DNA of 64,000 nt, from assembly GCA_902574045.1 (NCBI GenBank), contig CACGMG010000001.1, positions 1,919 through 65,918 on the forward strand, read 5' to 3'. The position numbers were made by a program, and so were the translations under genes. Under the pieces are notes generated by a model. It did not search any database. It was given only the letters and a program-made list of their open reading frames with translations, and was not told where the DNA came from. This document shows positions 40,819 to 51,487 of the stretch, piece after piece (position 1 is the first letter of the stretch; each line of letters opens with the position of its first letter). The DNA is from an uncultured Pelagibacteraceae bacterium. GTDB lineage: Bacteria > Pseudomonadota > Alphaproteobacteria > Pelagibacterales > Pelagibacteraceae.

Positions 40819-43068
40819 TTAGTTAAAATAATTATCAATTTTTACTGGTTCCTTACTTAGCATGTATTTGTAAACATTTATATTTTCTAGTACTCTTTGA
40901 ACGTAATTTCTAGTTTCCTTAAATCTTATAAGTTCAATCCAATTTACATAAGATAATTTTCCTTTAGATGGATCCCCATTTACTCTTCTCCAGGTTTTTA
41001 CTCTGTTAGGTCCTGCATTATAAGCTGCTATCGCGAAAGGGTAAACACCATTATAATCTTCGATTAAAGAGTTAAAATAATAAGAACCCAATTTAATATT
41101 ATATTCAGGATCTCTAGTTAAGTTAGTAATACTGTATGGTAGTTTAGCTTGTTTAGCGACTAGTTTTGCTGTGTACTTCATTAATTGCATCATCCCGCGT
41201 GCTCCAGCCCAGCTATTAGCTCTTTCATCAAATTCGCTTTCTTGCCTAATTATAGCAAGTATTACCTCTGGTTTAGGCATTATTTTATTATTTATCTCTT
41301 TTGGAGTATTTATGATTGGGTAATTAAATTTATTAAAAAATCTTTTTTCATATGAAGCTTTTTTTGATATTTGAATAGCAAAATCATATCTACCGACTTC
41401 CGTAGAGAGTTTAGCAGCTAAAACTTCACTACCTTTGTCCACATTTAATGTAGCTAAATGTTTAAGTATATCCTTAGAGTATTTTGTGGCATCTAATTCC
41501 TTTAAAAGAATGACTTGATTTATCAAGCGATTTTTTTTGAATTCCTTTTCATACTCTTTATCAAATTTCGATTGATCAAATAATTCAAAATTACCACCTG
41601 GATTGATTTCGTTGAATGATAATTGACCATAATAAGTCATCGGAAAGTTAGCTCCCTCAGAAAAATATTTATTAGCATTTTCTTTGTTTCCAATTTCTTT
41701 GTAAGCTTGACCAAGCCAATAAGCACCTCTTGCTAAACTTATTGGATAGCCGACGTTATTATAAAAATTTTTAAAATGGTTTATTGCATACTCAGGTGTA
41801 TTTAAAAAAGAAAGAGCCACCCATCCACATAACCATTCTGCTTCTGCGAAGGATGGCCCGGAAGACAATGAATGTTCACTTGCTATTTTGTAAGCTGTTT
41901 TATATCGTTTTTTATAAATTAATGATCTAGCAATGCTTTTTCTTTGTTCCCACCATAAATCAGGTCTTACCATTTGTCTTTCAGATTTATTAGCATTTTG
42001 GTATAAAATTTCTAACGAAGACTCTAGTCTGCCTCTTCTATTTCTCCATCTAAGTCTATCATATTCTAAACCAATATCTTTTTTTAGATGAGAAGGAACT
42101 CTACTTATTGCAGTATCAACCCCGTAGGAATTACTCATTAATATTTGTCGAGCATTATACAAAGCTCTTTCATCTTTTGGTAAGTATCTTAGCATTCTTT
42201 TCAAATCCCAATATTTTCTTTCCCAAGCTAAGTGATCAGCTCTTTTTAAGTGATCATCTTCAGTTAAAAACTTTTTGAACTTTGCCCTGTAATAACCTAA
42301 ATCATTTTTACTAATTTCTGCTGTTACCCATGCGTCTTTTATAATAGAGATTATTTCATTTGTTTTACCTTGTTCTAAAAGTGCTTCAGCTAATTTAATT
42401 TTTCCCAATCCTCCTAAAGGAGGATTTTTTTCAAACCAGTTTATAATAGAAGTTGGTGAGTTATTTCTTAAATAAATTTTTGATTCTGCGAGATATTTAA
42501 TTCTATTTATTCTTGGATAATCTGGATTCCGCTCAATAAATTTTTTATAATCATTAAAAGTTGCTGAGTTTCCTGTTGTTTTTAAATACATCCAATTTAT
42601 TAATGTTCTAAATTCTCGATCTTTTATCTTATCAGCACTTTTTAATGCGCTGTTCCATTTTTTTGCCTTAATGAATTTGATTGTTTCTTTGGCTTTTGCG
42701 AAATCTTTATCGTTTAAAATAGTCGACTTCTGTATTTCTTTTGTAATTGTTTTATAGGTAACAGGTTTTTTTTTCGGAAAAAGGAAAATATTCAAATCTG
42801 TTTTTAATTCTTTATCTTTTAGCTCCTCATTTTTGACCTCTTTTTTATCAGCTTTTTTCTTAACTGTTTCTTGTTTAGACTCCATCTTTTTAGGTTGATT
42901 TGTCTTAAATATTGGTTTTTTTTGAGGCAAATTGATATCAATTTCATTATTAAACTTTTTAAAAATTGATGGTTTTTTTAAGGGTAAGATAAATTCAATC
43001 TCAGAATATACTTTGTTAATAATTAGAAAAAATAATAAAAATACTAGACTAATTAATTTATAAGGCAT
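40819..43068 (-). CDS. slt: soluble lytic murein transglycosylase (Slt70-like)
   Basis: Signal peptide, helical repeats, IIRQESEF, GARGMMQLM, AAYNAGP, ETRNYVQRV. Confidence 0.93.
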   Translation of the reverse strand: MPYKLISLVFLLFFLIINKVYSEIEFILPLKKPSIFKKFNNEIDINLPQKKPIFKTNQPKKMESKQETVKKKADKKEVKNEELKDKELKTDLNIFLFPKKKPVTYKTITKEIQKSTILNDKDFAKAKETIKFIKAKKWNSALKSADKIKDREFRTLINWMYLKTTGNSATFNDYKKFIERNPDYPRINRIKYLAESKIYLRNNSPTSIINWFEKNPPLGGLGKIKLAEALLEQGKTNEIISIIKDAWVTAEISKNDLGYYRAKFKKFLTEDDHLKRADHLAWERKYWDLKRMLRYLPKDERALYNARQILMSNSYGVDTAISRVPSHLKKDIGLEYDRLRWRNRRGRLESSLEILYQNANKSERQMVRPDLWWEQRKSIARSLIYKKRYKTAYKIASEHSLSSGPSFAEAEWLCGWVALSFLNTPEYAINHFKNFYNNVGYPISLARGAYWLGQAYKEIGNKENANKYFSEGANFPMTYYGQLSFNEINPGGNFELFDQSKFDKEYEKEFKKNRLINQVILLKELDATKYSKDILKHLATLNVDKGSEVLAAKLSTEVGRYDFAIQISKKASYEKRFFNKFNYPIINTPKEINNKIMPKPEVILAIIRQESEFDERANSWAGARGMMQLMKYTAKLVAKQAKLPYSITNLTRDPEYNIKLGSYYFNSLIEDYNGVYPFAIAAYNAGPNRVKTWRRVNGDPSKGKLSYVNWIELIRFKETRNYVQRVLENINVYKYMLSKEPVKIDNYFN

Positions 43069-43097
43069 AAGTTTAAGTTATTATCTTATAATGTTTT

Positions 43098-43967
43098 ATG
43101 CTTAAAGGATCAATCGTAGCTTTAATTACTCCATTTAAAAACAACATGCTAAATGAAGATGTTTATCGTCAATTAATTCATTATCATGTAAAAAATGGAA
43201 CAAACGGAATTGTGCCTGGAGGAACTACTGGCGAGTCTCCTACATTATCTGTTAATGAACACAAAAAGATTATCGAAATTGCTGTTAAGGAGTGTAAAAA
43301 CAAAATTCCAGTAATAGCTGGAACTGGGTCTAATTCAACCTCGGAGGCAGTTGAACTTTCTAAATTTGCAGAAAAAGCAGGATCAGATGCGTTATTAGTA
43401 GTTACTCCCTACTATAACAAACCAACCCAGGATGGTTTGTATGAACACTACAAAAAAATAAACGATAATGTTGGTATACCAATTATTATTTATAACATTC
43501 CATCACGTTCAGTTATTGATATGTCAGTGGAAACAATGGCAAAATTATATCAATTAAAAAATATTAAAGGAGTAAAAGATGCAACTGGAGATTTGAGTCG
43601 TGTTGATAAACAATTAAAAGCAATGGGAAAAGAGTTTATTCAACTTACTGGCAATGATGATAACGCATTAGAATTCAATAAAAGAGGAGGAGTTGGTTCT
43701 ATAAGTGTTACTGCAAATATTGCAGCAAAAATTTGTTCAGATTTTCAAAATTCCTGTTTAAATAATTTTAAGGATTCAGAAAAATTTGATAAAATTTTAC
43801 AACCACTACATTCAGCTATGTTTATAGAAAGTAATCCATCCCCAGTAAAATATGCTGCTTCATTACTTGGAATGTGTAGTCCTGAAGTGAGATTGCCTTT
43901 AGTGGAGGTGCAACCTGAAACTAAGAAAAAAATTTTAGAAGCTCTTAAAGTAGCAAAAATACTTTAA
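43098..43967 (+). CDS. dapA: 4-hydroxy-tetrahydrodipicolinate synthase
   Basis: ALITPF, GTTGES, PYYNKP, YNIPSR, GVKDA. Confidence 0.98.
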   Translation: MLKGSIVALITPFKNNMLNEDVYRQLIHYHVKNGTNGIVPGGTTGESPTLSVNEHKKIIEIAVKECKNKIPVIAGTGSNSTSEAVELSKFAEKAGSDALLVVTPYYNKPTQDGLYEHYKKINDNVGIPIIIYNIPSRSVIDMSVETMAKLYQLKNIKGVKDATGDLSRVDKQLKAMGKEFIQLTGNDDNALEFNKRGGVGSISVTANIAAKICSDFQNSCLNNFKDSEKFDKILQPLHSAMFIESNPSPVKYAASLLGMCSPEVRLPLVEVQPETKKKILEALKVAKIL

Positions 43968-44440
43968 TGAAAAAGAACGCAGTCCCCGGTCATAAAATTA
44001 TTTGTCTAAATAGAAAAGCGAGTTACAATTTTTTTTTTTTAGAAAAAATTGAAGCCGGAATATCATTAAAAGGATCTGAAGTTAAATCCTTAAGAGATGG
44101 AAAAGGAAGTATAGCAGACTCCTATGCTTTGGACAAGAATGGTGAATTATTTTTAATTAATTCACATATTCCTTTGTACAGACAGTCTTCGTACAATAAT
44201 CATGACCCAAAAAATGATAGAAAACTTCTTTTAAAAAGAAAAGAGATTAATAAATTGATAGGTAGAATAAACCAGGAGGGTTTAACTATTGTTCCCACAA
44301 AATTATACTTTGTTAAAGGAAAGGTTAAAGTTGAAATTGCTGTATCAAAAGGTAAAAAACTTTATGATAAGAGGCAGGTAAAAAAAACGAGAGATTGGAA
44401 TCGAGAAAAGGCAAGGTTATTAAGTAAGAATAATAAATGA
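43967..44440 (+). CDS. smpB: SsrA-binding protein
   Basis: [32 protein letters not shown]. Confidence 0.98.
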   Translation: MKKNAVPGHKIICLNRKASYNFFFLEKIEAGISLKGSEVKSLRDGKGSIADSYALDKNGELFLINSHIPLYRQSSYNNHDPKNDRKLLLKRKEINKLIGRINQEGLTIVPTKLYFVKGKVKVEIAVSKGKKLYDKRQVKKTRDWNREKARLLSKNNK

Positions 44441-44949
44441 TACATATAAATATTGGTTCTAATTTAAATTCAAAACATGGAACAAAATTTGAAAATATTT
44501 CTATTGCTATAAAGCTTTTGAATAGTTCAAATTTTAAAATAAAAAGAATATCAAGTTTTTACGAGACTCCTTCATATCCAAACAAAAGTTTACCAAGATA
44601 TATAAATATAGGTCTTTTAGGAGTGAGCAAAAATTATAGTACTCTTTTAAAACAAATTTCTTTAATTGAAAAAAAAATTGGTAGACTAAGATCAAAAAAA
44701 AATGATCCACGTGTATGTGATATTGACATTATTGATTTTAATGGCATAACTCAAAATTCTAGTTTACTCACCTTGCCTCATCCTAGATCTCACAAGCGTA
44801 ATTTTGTACTTTATCCTATTAAAGAAATCGATCCTAGTTGGGTTCATCCAATATTAAAGAAAAATGTTGATTTTTTAATAAACCAACTAGACCAAAATTC
44901 AAGGATTGAGATTACAAGACTAAGCAAAAGTGTTATTATTAATACATGA
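44437..44949 (+). CDS. folK: HPPK, 6-hydroxymethyl-dihydropterin pyrophosphokinase
   Basis: [32 protein letters not shown]. Confidence 0.94.
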   Translation: MIHINIGSNLNSKHGTKFENISIAIKLLNSSNFKIKRISSFYETPSYPNKSLPRYINIGLLGVSKNYSTLLKQISLIEKKIGRLRSKKNDPRVCDIDIIDFNGITQNSSLLTLPHPRSHKRNFVLYPIKEIDPSWVHPILKKNVDFLINQLDQNSRIEITRLSKSVIINT

Positions 44950-46694
44950 TTAATAACAATGAATTAATTAATAAGATTAAAACTTATAACAAATTTTTAA
45001 ACTCTGAGAGTTTGAATAAAGCATACAATTTTGCTTTAGATGCCCACCAAAATCAGAAAAGAGATGAGGGTGTTCCCTATATAATTCATCCACTTGCTGT
45101 CGCAAATATTTTAACTGAACTAAAACTAGACAGCGCTACTATTACAACAGGTCTGCTCCATGATACTATTGAAGATACTAATGTAACTTATGATACGGTA
45201 AAAAAAGAATTTGGCGAAGAAGTTGCGAATTTGGTTGATGGTGTTACAAAAATATCTGCTCTTGAAGACAAAGCATCACACTCTTCTAAAGAAGAGAATT
45301 TTAGAAAACTAATTTTAGCAACATCAAAAGATATTAGAGTATTGCTGGTAAAGTTAGCAGACAGATTACATAATATGCGAACTATTCAATTCCTTAAAAA
45401 TAAGGATAAAATTACTAGAAAAGCTAAAGAAACAATGGAGATCTACGCACCATTGGCTGATCGAATGGGCATGAATAGAATTAGAGATGAACTAGAAGAC
45501 TTATCTTTTGCTGTACTTAATAAACCAGCTAGAGATCTAATATTAGATCGTTTACAGTTTATTAAAAGTAATAAAGATGACACCTTTAAAGTTATTTCTG
45601 CTGAGTTGATATCACTACTTGAGTCTAGAGGAATTCAAACAAAAATTTTTGGAAGAGAAAAAACACCTTTTTCTATATGGAGAAAGATTCAAAATAAAAA
45701 AATATCCTTAGAGCAACTGACAGACATAATAGGTTTTAGAATAATAGTAACTAATATAGACGATTGTTACAAAACCCTTGGAATTTTTCATAACAAATTT
45801 TCGGCTATTCCAGGAAAATTTAAAGATTATATATCAACACCTAAAATTAATAATTATAAATCTATCCACACTTCTGTAATTGGACCTAAAAAAAATAGAA
45901 TTGAAATACAAATAAGAACTAATGAAATGCATGAATTTGCTGAAAGAGGTATAGCCTCACATTGGAAATATAAATCATCTGAAAAGTTTTCAGAACTTTC
46001 GTGGAAGGAATATGATTGGTTGAGAGATTTAGTTGAAATTATCGAAACTGGAAGTAGCCCAGAACACTATTATGAATTTACAAAACTTCAAATGTTCCAA
46101 GAAAATGTATTTTGCTTTACTCCAAAAGGTTCAGTAATCAAACTACCTAGAAACGCTACACCAATTGATTTTGCATATGCAGTCCATACAAAAATAGGAG
46201 AAAGCGCAGTTGGATGCATTATAAATGGAAACGAGTCTACCTTGCAATCTGAACTTAAAAACGGTGATATGATAGAGATAATAACTTCAAAAAATGCATC
46301 TCCATCCCTTCATTGGTTATCATCATCTAAAACCGGCAAGGCTAGAGCATCTATAAGGAGGTACTGGCAAGACAAATCATTAGAAAAAACAAAAGTTAAA
46401 GACAAAAGCTACACAAGTACTTTAGTTGTCGATTTACCTCATAAACCTGGGGTCTTAGGAAATATAAGCTCATTAATTGGAATGAATCAAGGAAATATTT
46501 TAAATGTTGAAATGTTGAAAAAAAAAAAAGATTACCTTCAATTTTCGTTTGAATTGCAAATTAAAGATTTAAAAAACTTTACAAACTTGATAAGTCAAAT
46601 AAAACAAAATAATTTTAATTTTAAAATTATTCGCCATAAACAGAAAAAAAATGCTTTCATACGAAGAATCTTTGAAAATTTTAAAAGAAACTAA
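44946..46694 (+). CDS. spoT: bifunctional (p)ppGpp synthetase/hydrolase Rel/SpoT (shortened C-terminus)
   Basis: PYIIHP, LLHDTIED, KLADRLHNMRT, FKDY, EIQIRT, TGS ATPIDFAY, terminal ACT. Confidence 0.95.
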   Translation: MINNNELINKIKTYNKFLNSESLNKAYNFALDAHQNQKRDEGVPYIIHPLAVANILTELKLDSATITTGLLHDTIEDTNVTYDTVKKEFGEEVANLVDGVTKISALEDKASHSSKEENFRKLILATSKDIRVLLVKLADRLHNMRTIQFLKNKDKITRKAKETMEIYAPLADRMGMNRIRDELEDLSFAVLNKPARDLILDRLQFIKSNKDDTFKVISAELISLLESRGIQTKIFGREKTPFSIWRKIQNKKISLEQLTDIIGFRIIVTNIDDCYKTLGIFHNKFSAIPGKFKDYISTPKINNYKSIHTSVIGPKKNRIEIQIRTNEMHEFAERGIASHWKYKSSEKFSELSWKEYDWLRDLVEIIETGSSPEHYYEFTKLQMFQENVFCFTPKGSVIKLPRNATPIDFAYAVHTKIGESAVGCIINGNESTLQSELKNGDMIEIITSKNASPSLHWLSSSKTGKARASIRRYWQDKSLEKTKVKDKSYTSTLVVDLPHKPGVLGNISSLIGMNQGNILNVEMLKKKKDYLQFSFELQIKDLKNFTNLISQIKQNNFNFKIIRHKQKKNAFIRRIFENFKRN

Positions 46695-47232
46695 TGCTTT
46701 AATCGAAGGGCATTTTATATTGTCCTCAGGACTACATAGTTCCCAGTATGTACAATGCGCTCAGTTGTTGAGCAAACCCTCAAAATCTGCGAAACTTTGC
46801 AAGTCTTTAGCAGATAAAATTAAGTCAACATTCGGTGATTTTGATTTGATATTATCCCCCGCAATGGGCGGAATTGTTATAGGATTCGAAATCGGTAGAT
46901 TACTTGGAATTGAAACAATATTTGCAGAGAGAGTAAATGGAAAATTTGAACTAAGAAGAGATTTTAAAATAAAAAAAGATCAAAAAGTTTTAATAGTTGA
47001 AGATGTGATTACTACTGGAAAATCTAGTCTTGAATGCGCCAATCTAGTTATTCAAGCGGGAGCTTTAATTATTGGATATGGGTGTATAATTGATAGATCT
47101 CAAAAAAAATCATCTTTAAAAAATAAAATAATATCTCAAATAGAAATAAATATTCCTACTTATAAAAAAGATGAGATTCCAAAAGATCTTTCTTTAATTA
47201 AAGCAGTTAAACCAGGTAGTAGAAATCTTTAA
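46651..47232 (+). CDS. pyrE: orotate phosphoribosyltransferase
   Basis: GHFILSSGLHS, PAMGG, VLIVEDVITTG. Confidence 0.96.
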   Translation: MLSYEESLKILKETNALIEGHFILSSGLHSSQYVQCAQLLSKPSKSAKLCKSLADKIKSTFGDFDLILSPAMGGIVIGFEIGRLLGIETIFAERVNGKFELRRDFKIKKDQKVLIVEDVITTGKSSLECANLVIQAGALIIGYGCIIDRSQKKSSLKNKIISQIEINIPTYKKDEIPKDLSLIKAVKPGSRNL

Positions 47233-47954
47233 TGGAAAAGATTAGATTAGGTGTAAATATAGATCATGTAGCTACTGTAAGAAATGCTAGAGGAGAAAAT
47301 TATCCAAGCCCGCTAAGAGCTGCAAAAATTGCTGAGGCATCTGGAGCAGACTCTGTAACTATTCATTTAAGAGAAGATAGACGCCATATCAAAGATAACG
47401 ACCTAAAAATTATTAAAAGAAAAATCAAAATTCCTCTTAATTTAGAAATTGCAGCTACAAATGAAATGGTTAACATTGCTTTAAAAAGAAAGCCTCCTTT
47501 TATTTGTATTGTTCCAGAAAAAAGAAGAGAGATTACGACAGAAGGCGGCTTAAATCTCAACTACAAAAGAAACTATTTAAAAAAAATTATAGGTAAATTT
47601 AAAAGTAAAAAAATTAGGGTTAGTTTGTTTATAGAGCCGAGTATAAAAGATATTAAATTATCTAAATTTCTAAAAGCTGACTGTATTGAAATTCATACTG
47701 GAAAAATATGTAGATTAATTAATCTAGGGAAAAATACAAAAAAGGAGTTATTAAAGATTAAAAAAGCAGTAAATTTCGCTAATGAGATTGGTTTAGAGGT
47801 ACATGCTGGACACGGTTTAAATTATAAATCTGCTAAAATTTTATCAAGTTTAAGAGGAATAAAAGAGTTTAATATTGGACATTTTCTAATCGGAGAGTCC
47901 ATTTTTATAGGACTCTCAAAGTGTATAAATAATTTTAAGAAAATTTTGAAATAA
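47232..47954 (+). CDS. pdxJ: pyridoxine 5'-phosphate synthase
   Basis: LGVNIDHVATVRNAR, HLREDRRHI, HAGHGL, NIGH. Confidence 0.98.
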   Translation: MEKIRLGVNIDHVATVRNARGENYPSPLRAAKIAEASGADSVTIHLREDRRHIKDNDLKIIKRKIKIPLNLEIAATNEMVNIALKRKPPFICIVPEKRREITTEGGLNLNYKRNYLKKIIGKFKSKKIRVSLFIEPSIKDIKLSKFLKADCIEIHTGKICRLINLGKNTKKELLKIKKAVNFANEIGLEVHAGHGLNYKSAKILSSLRGIKEFNIGHFLIGESIFIGLSKCINNFKKILK

Positions 47955-48334
47955 TGACAATTTATGGAATAGGTATTGATATAATCAGTACTTCTAGAAT
48001 AGCAAAATCTATTAAAAACAAAGCTTTTATTAACAGGCTTTTTAATAAAGAAGAAATAGCTAAATGTAATAAACTTAAAAATAAGGCAAATTGTTATGCT
48101 AAAAGATTCGCTGCGAAAGAAGCTTTTTCTAAAGCAATTGGAACTGGTATTTCAAAGGGAATGAATTTTAATGAAATTATTGTACAAAATAACAATAAAG
48201 GGAAGCCCAGTATAAAATTATTGGGAAAAACAAAAATATCTGTAGATAAAATTATTAAAAAAAAGTTTAATATTCTTTTAACTTTGTCTGATGATAAACC
48301 ATTTGCTATTGCAACTGTAATTATTTCCTTATGA
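47954..48334 (+). CDS. acpS: holo-ACP synthase
   Basis: GIGIDI, AKRFAAKEAFSKAIGTG, GKP. Confidence 0.97.
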   Translation: MTIYGIGIDIISTSRIAKSIKNKAFINRLFNKEEIAKCNKLKNKANCYAKRFAAKEAFSKAIGTGISKGMNFNEIIVQNNNKGKPSIKLLGKTKISVDKIIKKKFNILLTLSDDKPFAIATVIISL

Positions 48335-49074
48335 AAAAAAAGAAAATCCTCGACTCAATAATTGACAACACCAAAACTATTTTAGGAGCATTATTAATAG
48401 CTTTAATTATAAGATCTCTAATATTCCAACCTTTTTATATACCTTCATCATCGATGGAACCGACTCTACTTATTGGCGATAGAATTTTTGTATCAAAATA
48501 TTCTTATGGTTATAGTAGACACTCATTTCCTTTTAGCCCTAAAATTTTCAGTGAAAGGATTTTTTACAATCAACCTAAAGTGGGCGATCTTGTTGTTTTT
48601 AAGACACCTTCTGATAATAGAACTGATTATATTAAAAGATTAATAGGTCTTCCAGGTGATGAAATTCAATTTATAAACGGCAATATCTTTATTAATAAGA
48701 AGAAGATAGAGAGAAGAGCTATAATTACTCTTGATAAAGTAAGGTGTGGTAAGACAACATTAAATGTAAAGGCATACGAAGAGACTCTGCCTAATGGACA
48801 TAAGTATATAGCTACATATAATAATGATGGTACTTTACAAAATACTAAAAAGTTTAAAGTCCCTAAGAACCATTTTTTTTTACTAGGTGATAATAGAGAT
48901 TGCTCGAAAGACAGTAGATACTTAGATAGTGTCGGTTATGTTGATCATGTTAACTTAGTTGGCAAAGCTAAGATTATTTTTTTCTCTAATGATACTGTTA
49001 CAAGTAGAATGCTAAAGTTTTGGAACTTAAAAGAATCATTTAGAGGTGAAAGATTATTTAAGAGTATAAAATGA
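48331..49074 (+). CDS. lepB: signal peptidase I
   Basis: IPSSSMEPTL, DYIKRLIGLPGD, GDNRDCSKDSR. Confidence 0.97.
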   Translation: MKKKKILDSIIDNTKTILGALLIALIIRSLIFQPFYIPSSSMEPTLLIGDRIFVSKYSYGYSRHSFPFSPKIFSERIFYNQPKVGDLVVFKTPSDNRTDYIKRLIGLPGDEIQFINGNIFINKKKIERRAIITLDKVRCGKTTLNVKAYEETLPNGHKYIATYNNDGTLQNTKKFKVPKNHFFLLGDNRDCSKDSRYLDSVGYVDHVNLVGKAKIIFFSNDTVTSRMLKFWNLKESFRGERLFKSIK

Positions 49075-49739
49075 AAAATAGATTAAAAGAACTAGAAAAA
49101 ACTATAGACTATAACTTTAAAAATGAAGAACTTTTAAAAAAATCTTTAATACATAAAAGTTATGACAATATTAATAACAATGAAAAATTAGAATTTCTTG
49201 GAGACCGAGTTCTAGGACTTGTAATATCAAAAAAATTAATGGAAATATATCCTGAGGAAAATGAAGGTATTATCGATAAAAAATTTGCAAATCTTGTTAA
49301 CAAAATTACTTGTTTAAAGGTATCAAAGAAAATTAATCTAAAAGCTTACATGTATCTAGGTACTTCGCATAAGTCATTAAAAACCACAGCAGACAAAATT
49401 GTTAGTGATTGTTTAGAAGCTTTAATAGGTGGAATTTACCTAGATGGAGGACTTAAAGTTGCAGAAAAATTTATTTTTAATTTTTGGAACGATTACTTAC
49501 TTAATTCTAAAGTTCCTTTAATTGATGCAAAAACACAATTGCAAGAATTCAGTTTAAAAAAATTTAAAACCTTGCCAATATATACGTTTTATAAAAAAAG
49601 TGGGCCACAACATAATCCAATATTTAAAACAGATGTTCAAATTCCTAACTCAAAAAAAACTATAGGATTTGGCGCTTCAAAAAAAAATGCTCAACAAAAT
49701 GCTGCAAATAAATTATTAAAAATCCTTAAAATTATATGA
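49071..49739 (+). CDS. rnc: ribonuclease III
   Basis: NEKLEFLGDRVL, SDCLEALIGGIYLD, dsRBD KTQLQE..GPQH. Confidence 0.97.
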   Translation: MKNRLKELEKTIDYNFKNEELLKKSLIHKSYDNINNNEKLEFLGDRVLGLVISKKLMEIYPEENEGIIDKKFANLVNKITCLKVSKKINLKAYMYLGTSHKSLKTTADKIVSDCLEALIGGIYLDGGLKVAEKFIFNFWNDYLLNSKVPLIDAKTQLQEFSLKKFKTLPIYTFYKKSGPQHNPIFKTDVQIPNSKKTIGFGASKKNAQQNAANKLLKILKII

Positions 49740-50416
49740 ATTGGGAAGACGAGTGTTATTTATTATCAAAAAGAAAATTTAGAGAAAATGCAAATATAAT
49801 TAATGTCTTTACTCCAAAAAAAGGAAAAGTTGGAGGTATAGTATACGGTGGCAACTCCAGAAAAATCAGAAACTATTTACAAATATCTAATAAGTTAATT
49901 GTTTTCAATAATACAAAGAATGAGAATAAAATCGGATACTTTAAAACTGAACTTATCAAACCAGTATCTCCAAATTACTTTAATGATAAAGAAAGAACTT
50001 CAGCAATTATTTCTCTATGTTCTTTATTAAATTCTCTCTTACCAGAGTCTCAGCCTTATAAAAATGTCTACGACGCATTTGAAGAATTTTTAAATAATAT
50101 TAGTTTGGACAATTGGATTTATTTATATATTTTTTTTGAAATAAAATTAATTAAAGAACTAGGTTTTGATACAAATTTAAGAATATATAATAAGTCTTAT
50201 GAAAAAAAAGATCTGTTTAAAAAGATTGAAATAGATAATTTTAAATACGAGGTGCCAATTTTTTTAATTAAAGAAGAAATTCCTGATAATTACTCTGAAG
50301 TAAATATTATGAAATCTTTGTTGTTTACTAGAAGTATTTTGTCAAATAAATTTTTTCTACCAAATAATTTGCCTTTTCCTAAATCAAGAATAATTTTTGA
50401 AAATTATTTCAATTAA
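49736..50416 (+). CDS. recO: DNA repair protein RecO
   Basis: MNWEDE N-terminus typical of alphaproteobacterial RecO, LPESQPY, FEIKLIKELGF; follows rnc. Confidence 0.85.
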   Translation: MNWEDECYLLSKRKFRENANIINVFTPKKGKVGGIVYGGNSRKIRNYLQISNKLIVFNNTKNENKIGYFKTELIKPVSPNYFNDKERTSAIISLCSLLNSLLPESQPYKNVYDAFEEFLNNISLDNWIYLYIFFEIKLIKELGFDTNLRIYNKSYEKKDLFKKIEIDNFKYEVPIFLIKEEIPDNYSEVNIMKSLLFTRSILSNKFFLPNNLPFPKSRIIFENYFN

Positions 50417-51408
50417 TTATTAGTGATTTTTTTTGCTATATCTAGAGCAAAATAAGTAATAATTGCGGAGGCTCCAGCTCTTTTGAATGCCATAAGACTT
50501 TCTAAAATTGCATCTTTTGTGATTAGATTATTGTTTATTCCAAATTTAATTAAACTATATTCACCAGACACCTGATAGGCAAACACAGGAATTTTAAAAG
50601 TATCTTTTATATTTTTAATTATATCCAAATATGGCATACCAGGTTTAATTAAAACAAAATCAGCTCCTTCTTTAATATCTAAACCAATTTCTCTATATGC
50701 TTCGTTTGTGTTATTAAAATCCATTTGATAGGTTTTTTTATCAAATTTTAAATTTTTCTTTGAACCGACTGCATCTCTAAATGGCCCATAAAAATTTGAG
50801 GCATATTTAGCCGCGTATGAAAGTATGCTGACATTTTTAAAATTATTCTTATCTAACGCTTTTCTAATTTTGCCTATTCTACCATCCATCATGTCTGAAG
50901 GAGCAATTACATCACAACCCATTTTAGCTTGCAGTAATGATTGCTCTACCAAAATCTTTAAAGTTTCGTCGTTATCAATTTTATTATTTACTAATACACC
51001 ATCGTGTCCGTGAGATGTATAAGGATCTAAAGCGACATCACACATTACACCAATTTTTGGAAATCTTTTTTTTATTAATCTAAGACTTTGACAAACTAAG
51101 TTATTTTCATTTAAAGCTTCTTTTCCTAATTTATCTTTTCTTTTGGATGGAGTGAATGGAAAAAGCGCTACCATTGGAATCTTATACTTTGAAACTTTAT
51201 TCATCACTGTACTTAATTTATCCACCGAATATCGATTAATTCCAGGCATTGCTTTAATCTTTTCAATCTTGTTTTTTCCTTCTCTTATAAAAATTGGCAT
51301 TATAAGATCATTAGTACTTAGTTGATTCTCTGAAATAAGTTTCCTCATCCATTCTGAGTTGCGAACTCTTCGCAGTCTTATACTTGGGTATTTACCTACT
51401 ATTTTCAT
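50413..51408 (-). CDS. hemB: porphobilinogen synthase (Zn-independent, Asp-rich type)
   Basis: DVALDPYTSHGHDG, APSDMMDGR, FYGPFRDA, AYQVSGEY. Confidence 0.98.
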   Translation of the reverse strand: MKIVGKYPSIRLRRVRNSEWMRKLISENQLSTNDLIMPIFIREGKNKIEKIKAMPGINRYSVDKLSTVMNKVSKYKIPMVALFPFTPSKRKDKLGKEALNENNLVCQSLRLIKKRFPKIGVMCDVALDPYTSHGHDGVLVNNKIDNDETLKILVEQSLLQAKMGCDVIAPSDMMDGRIGKIRKALDKNNFKNVSILSYAAKYASNFYGPFRDAVGSKKNLKFDKKTYQMDFNNTNEAYREIGLDIKEGADFVLIKPGMPYLDIIKNIKDTFKIPVFAYQVSGEYSLIKFGINNNLITKDAILESLMAFKRAGASAIITYFALDIAKKITNN

Positions 51409-51487
51409 TTTTTAAAAATATTAAATTTTGTTTGATGCGACAAATAATATATTATAAATAACATTAAAGTAATTATAAAAGATATTT

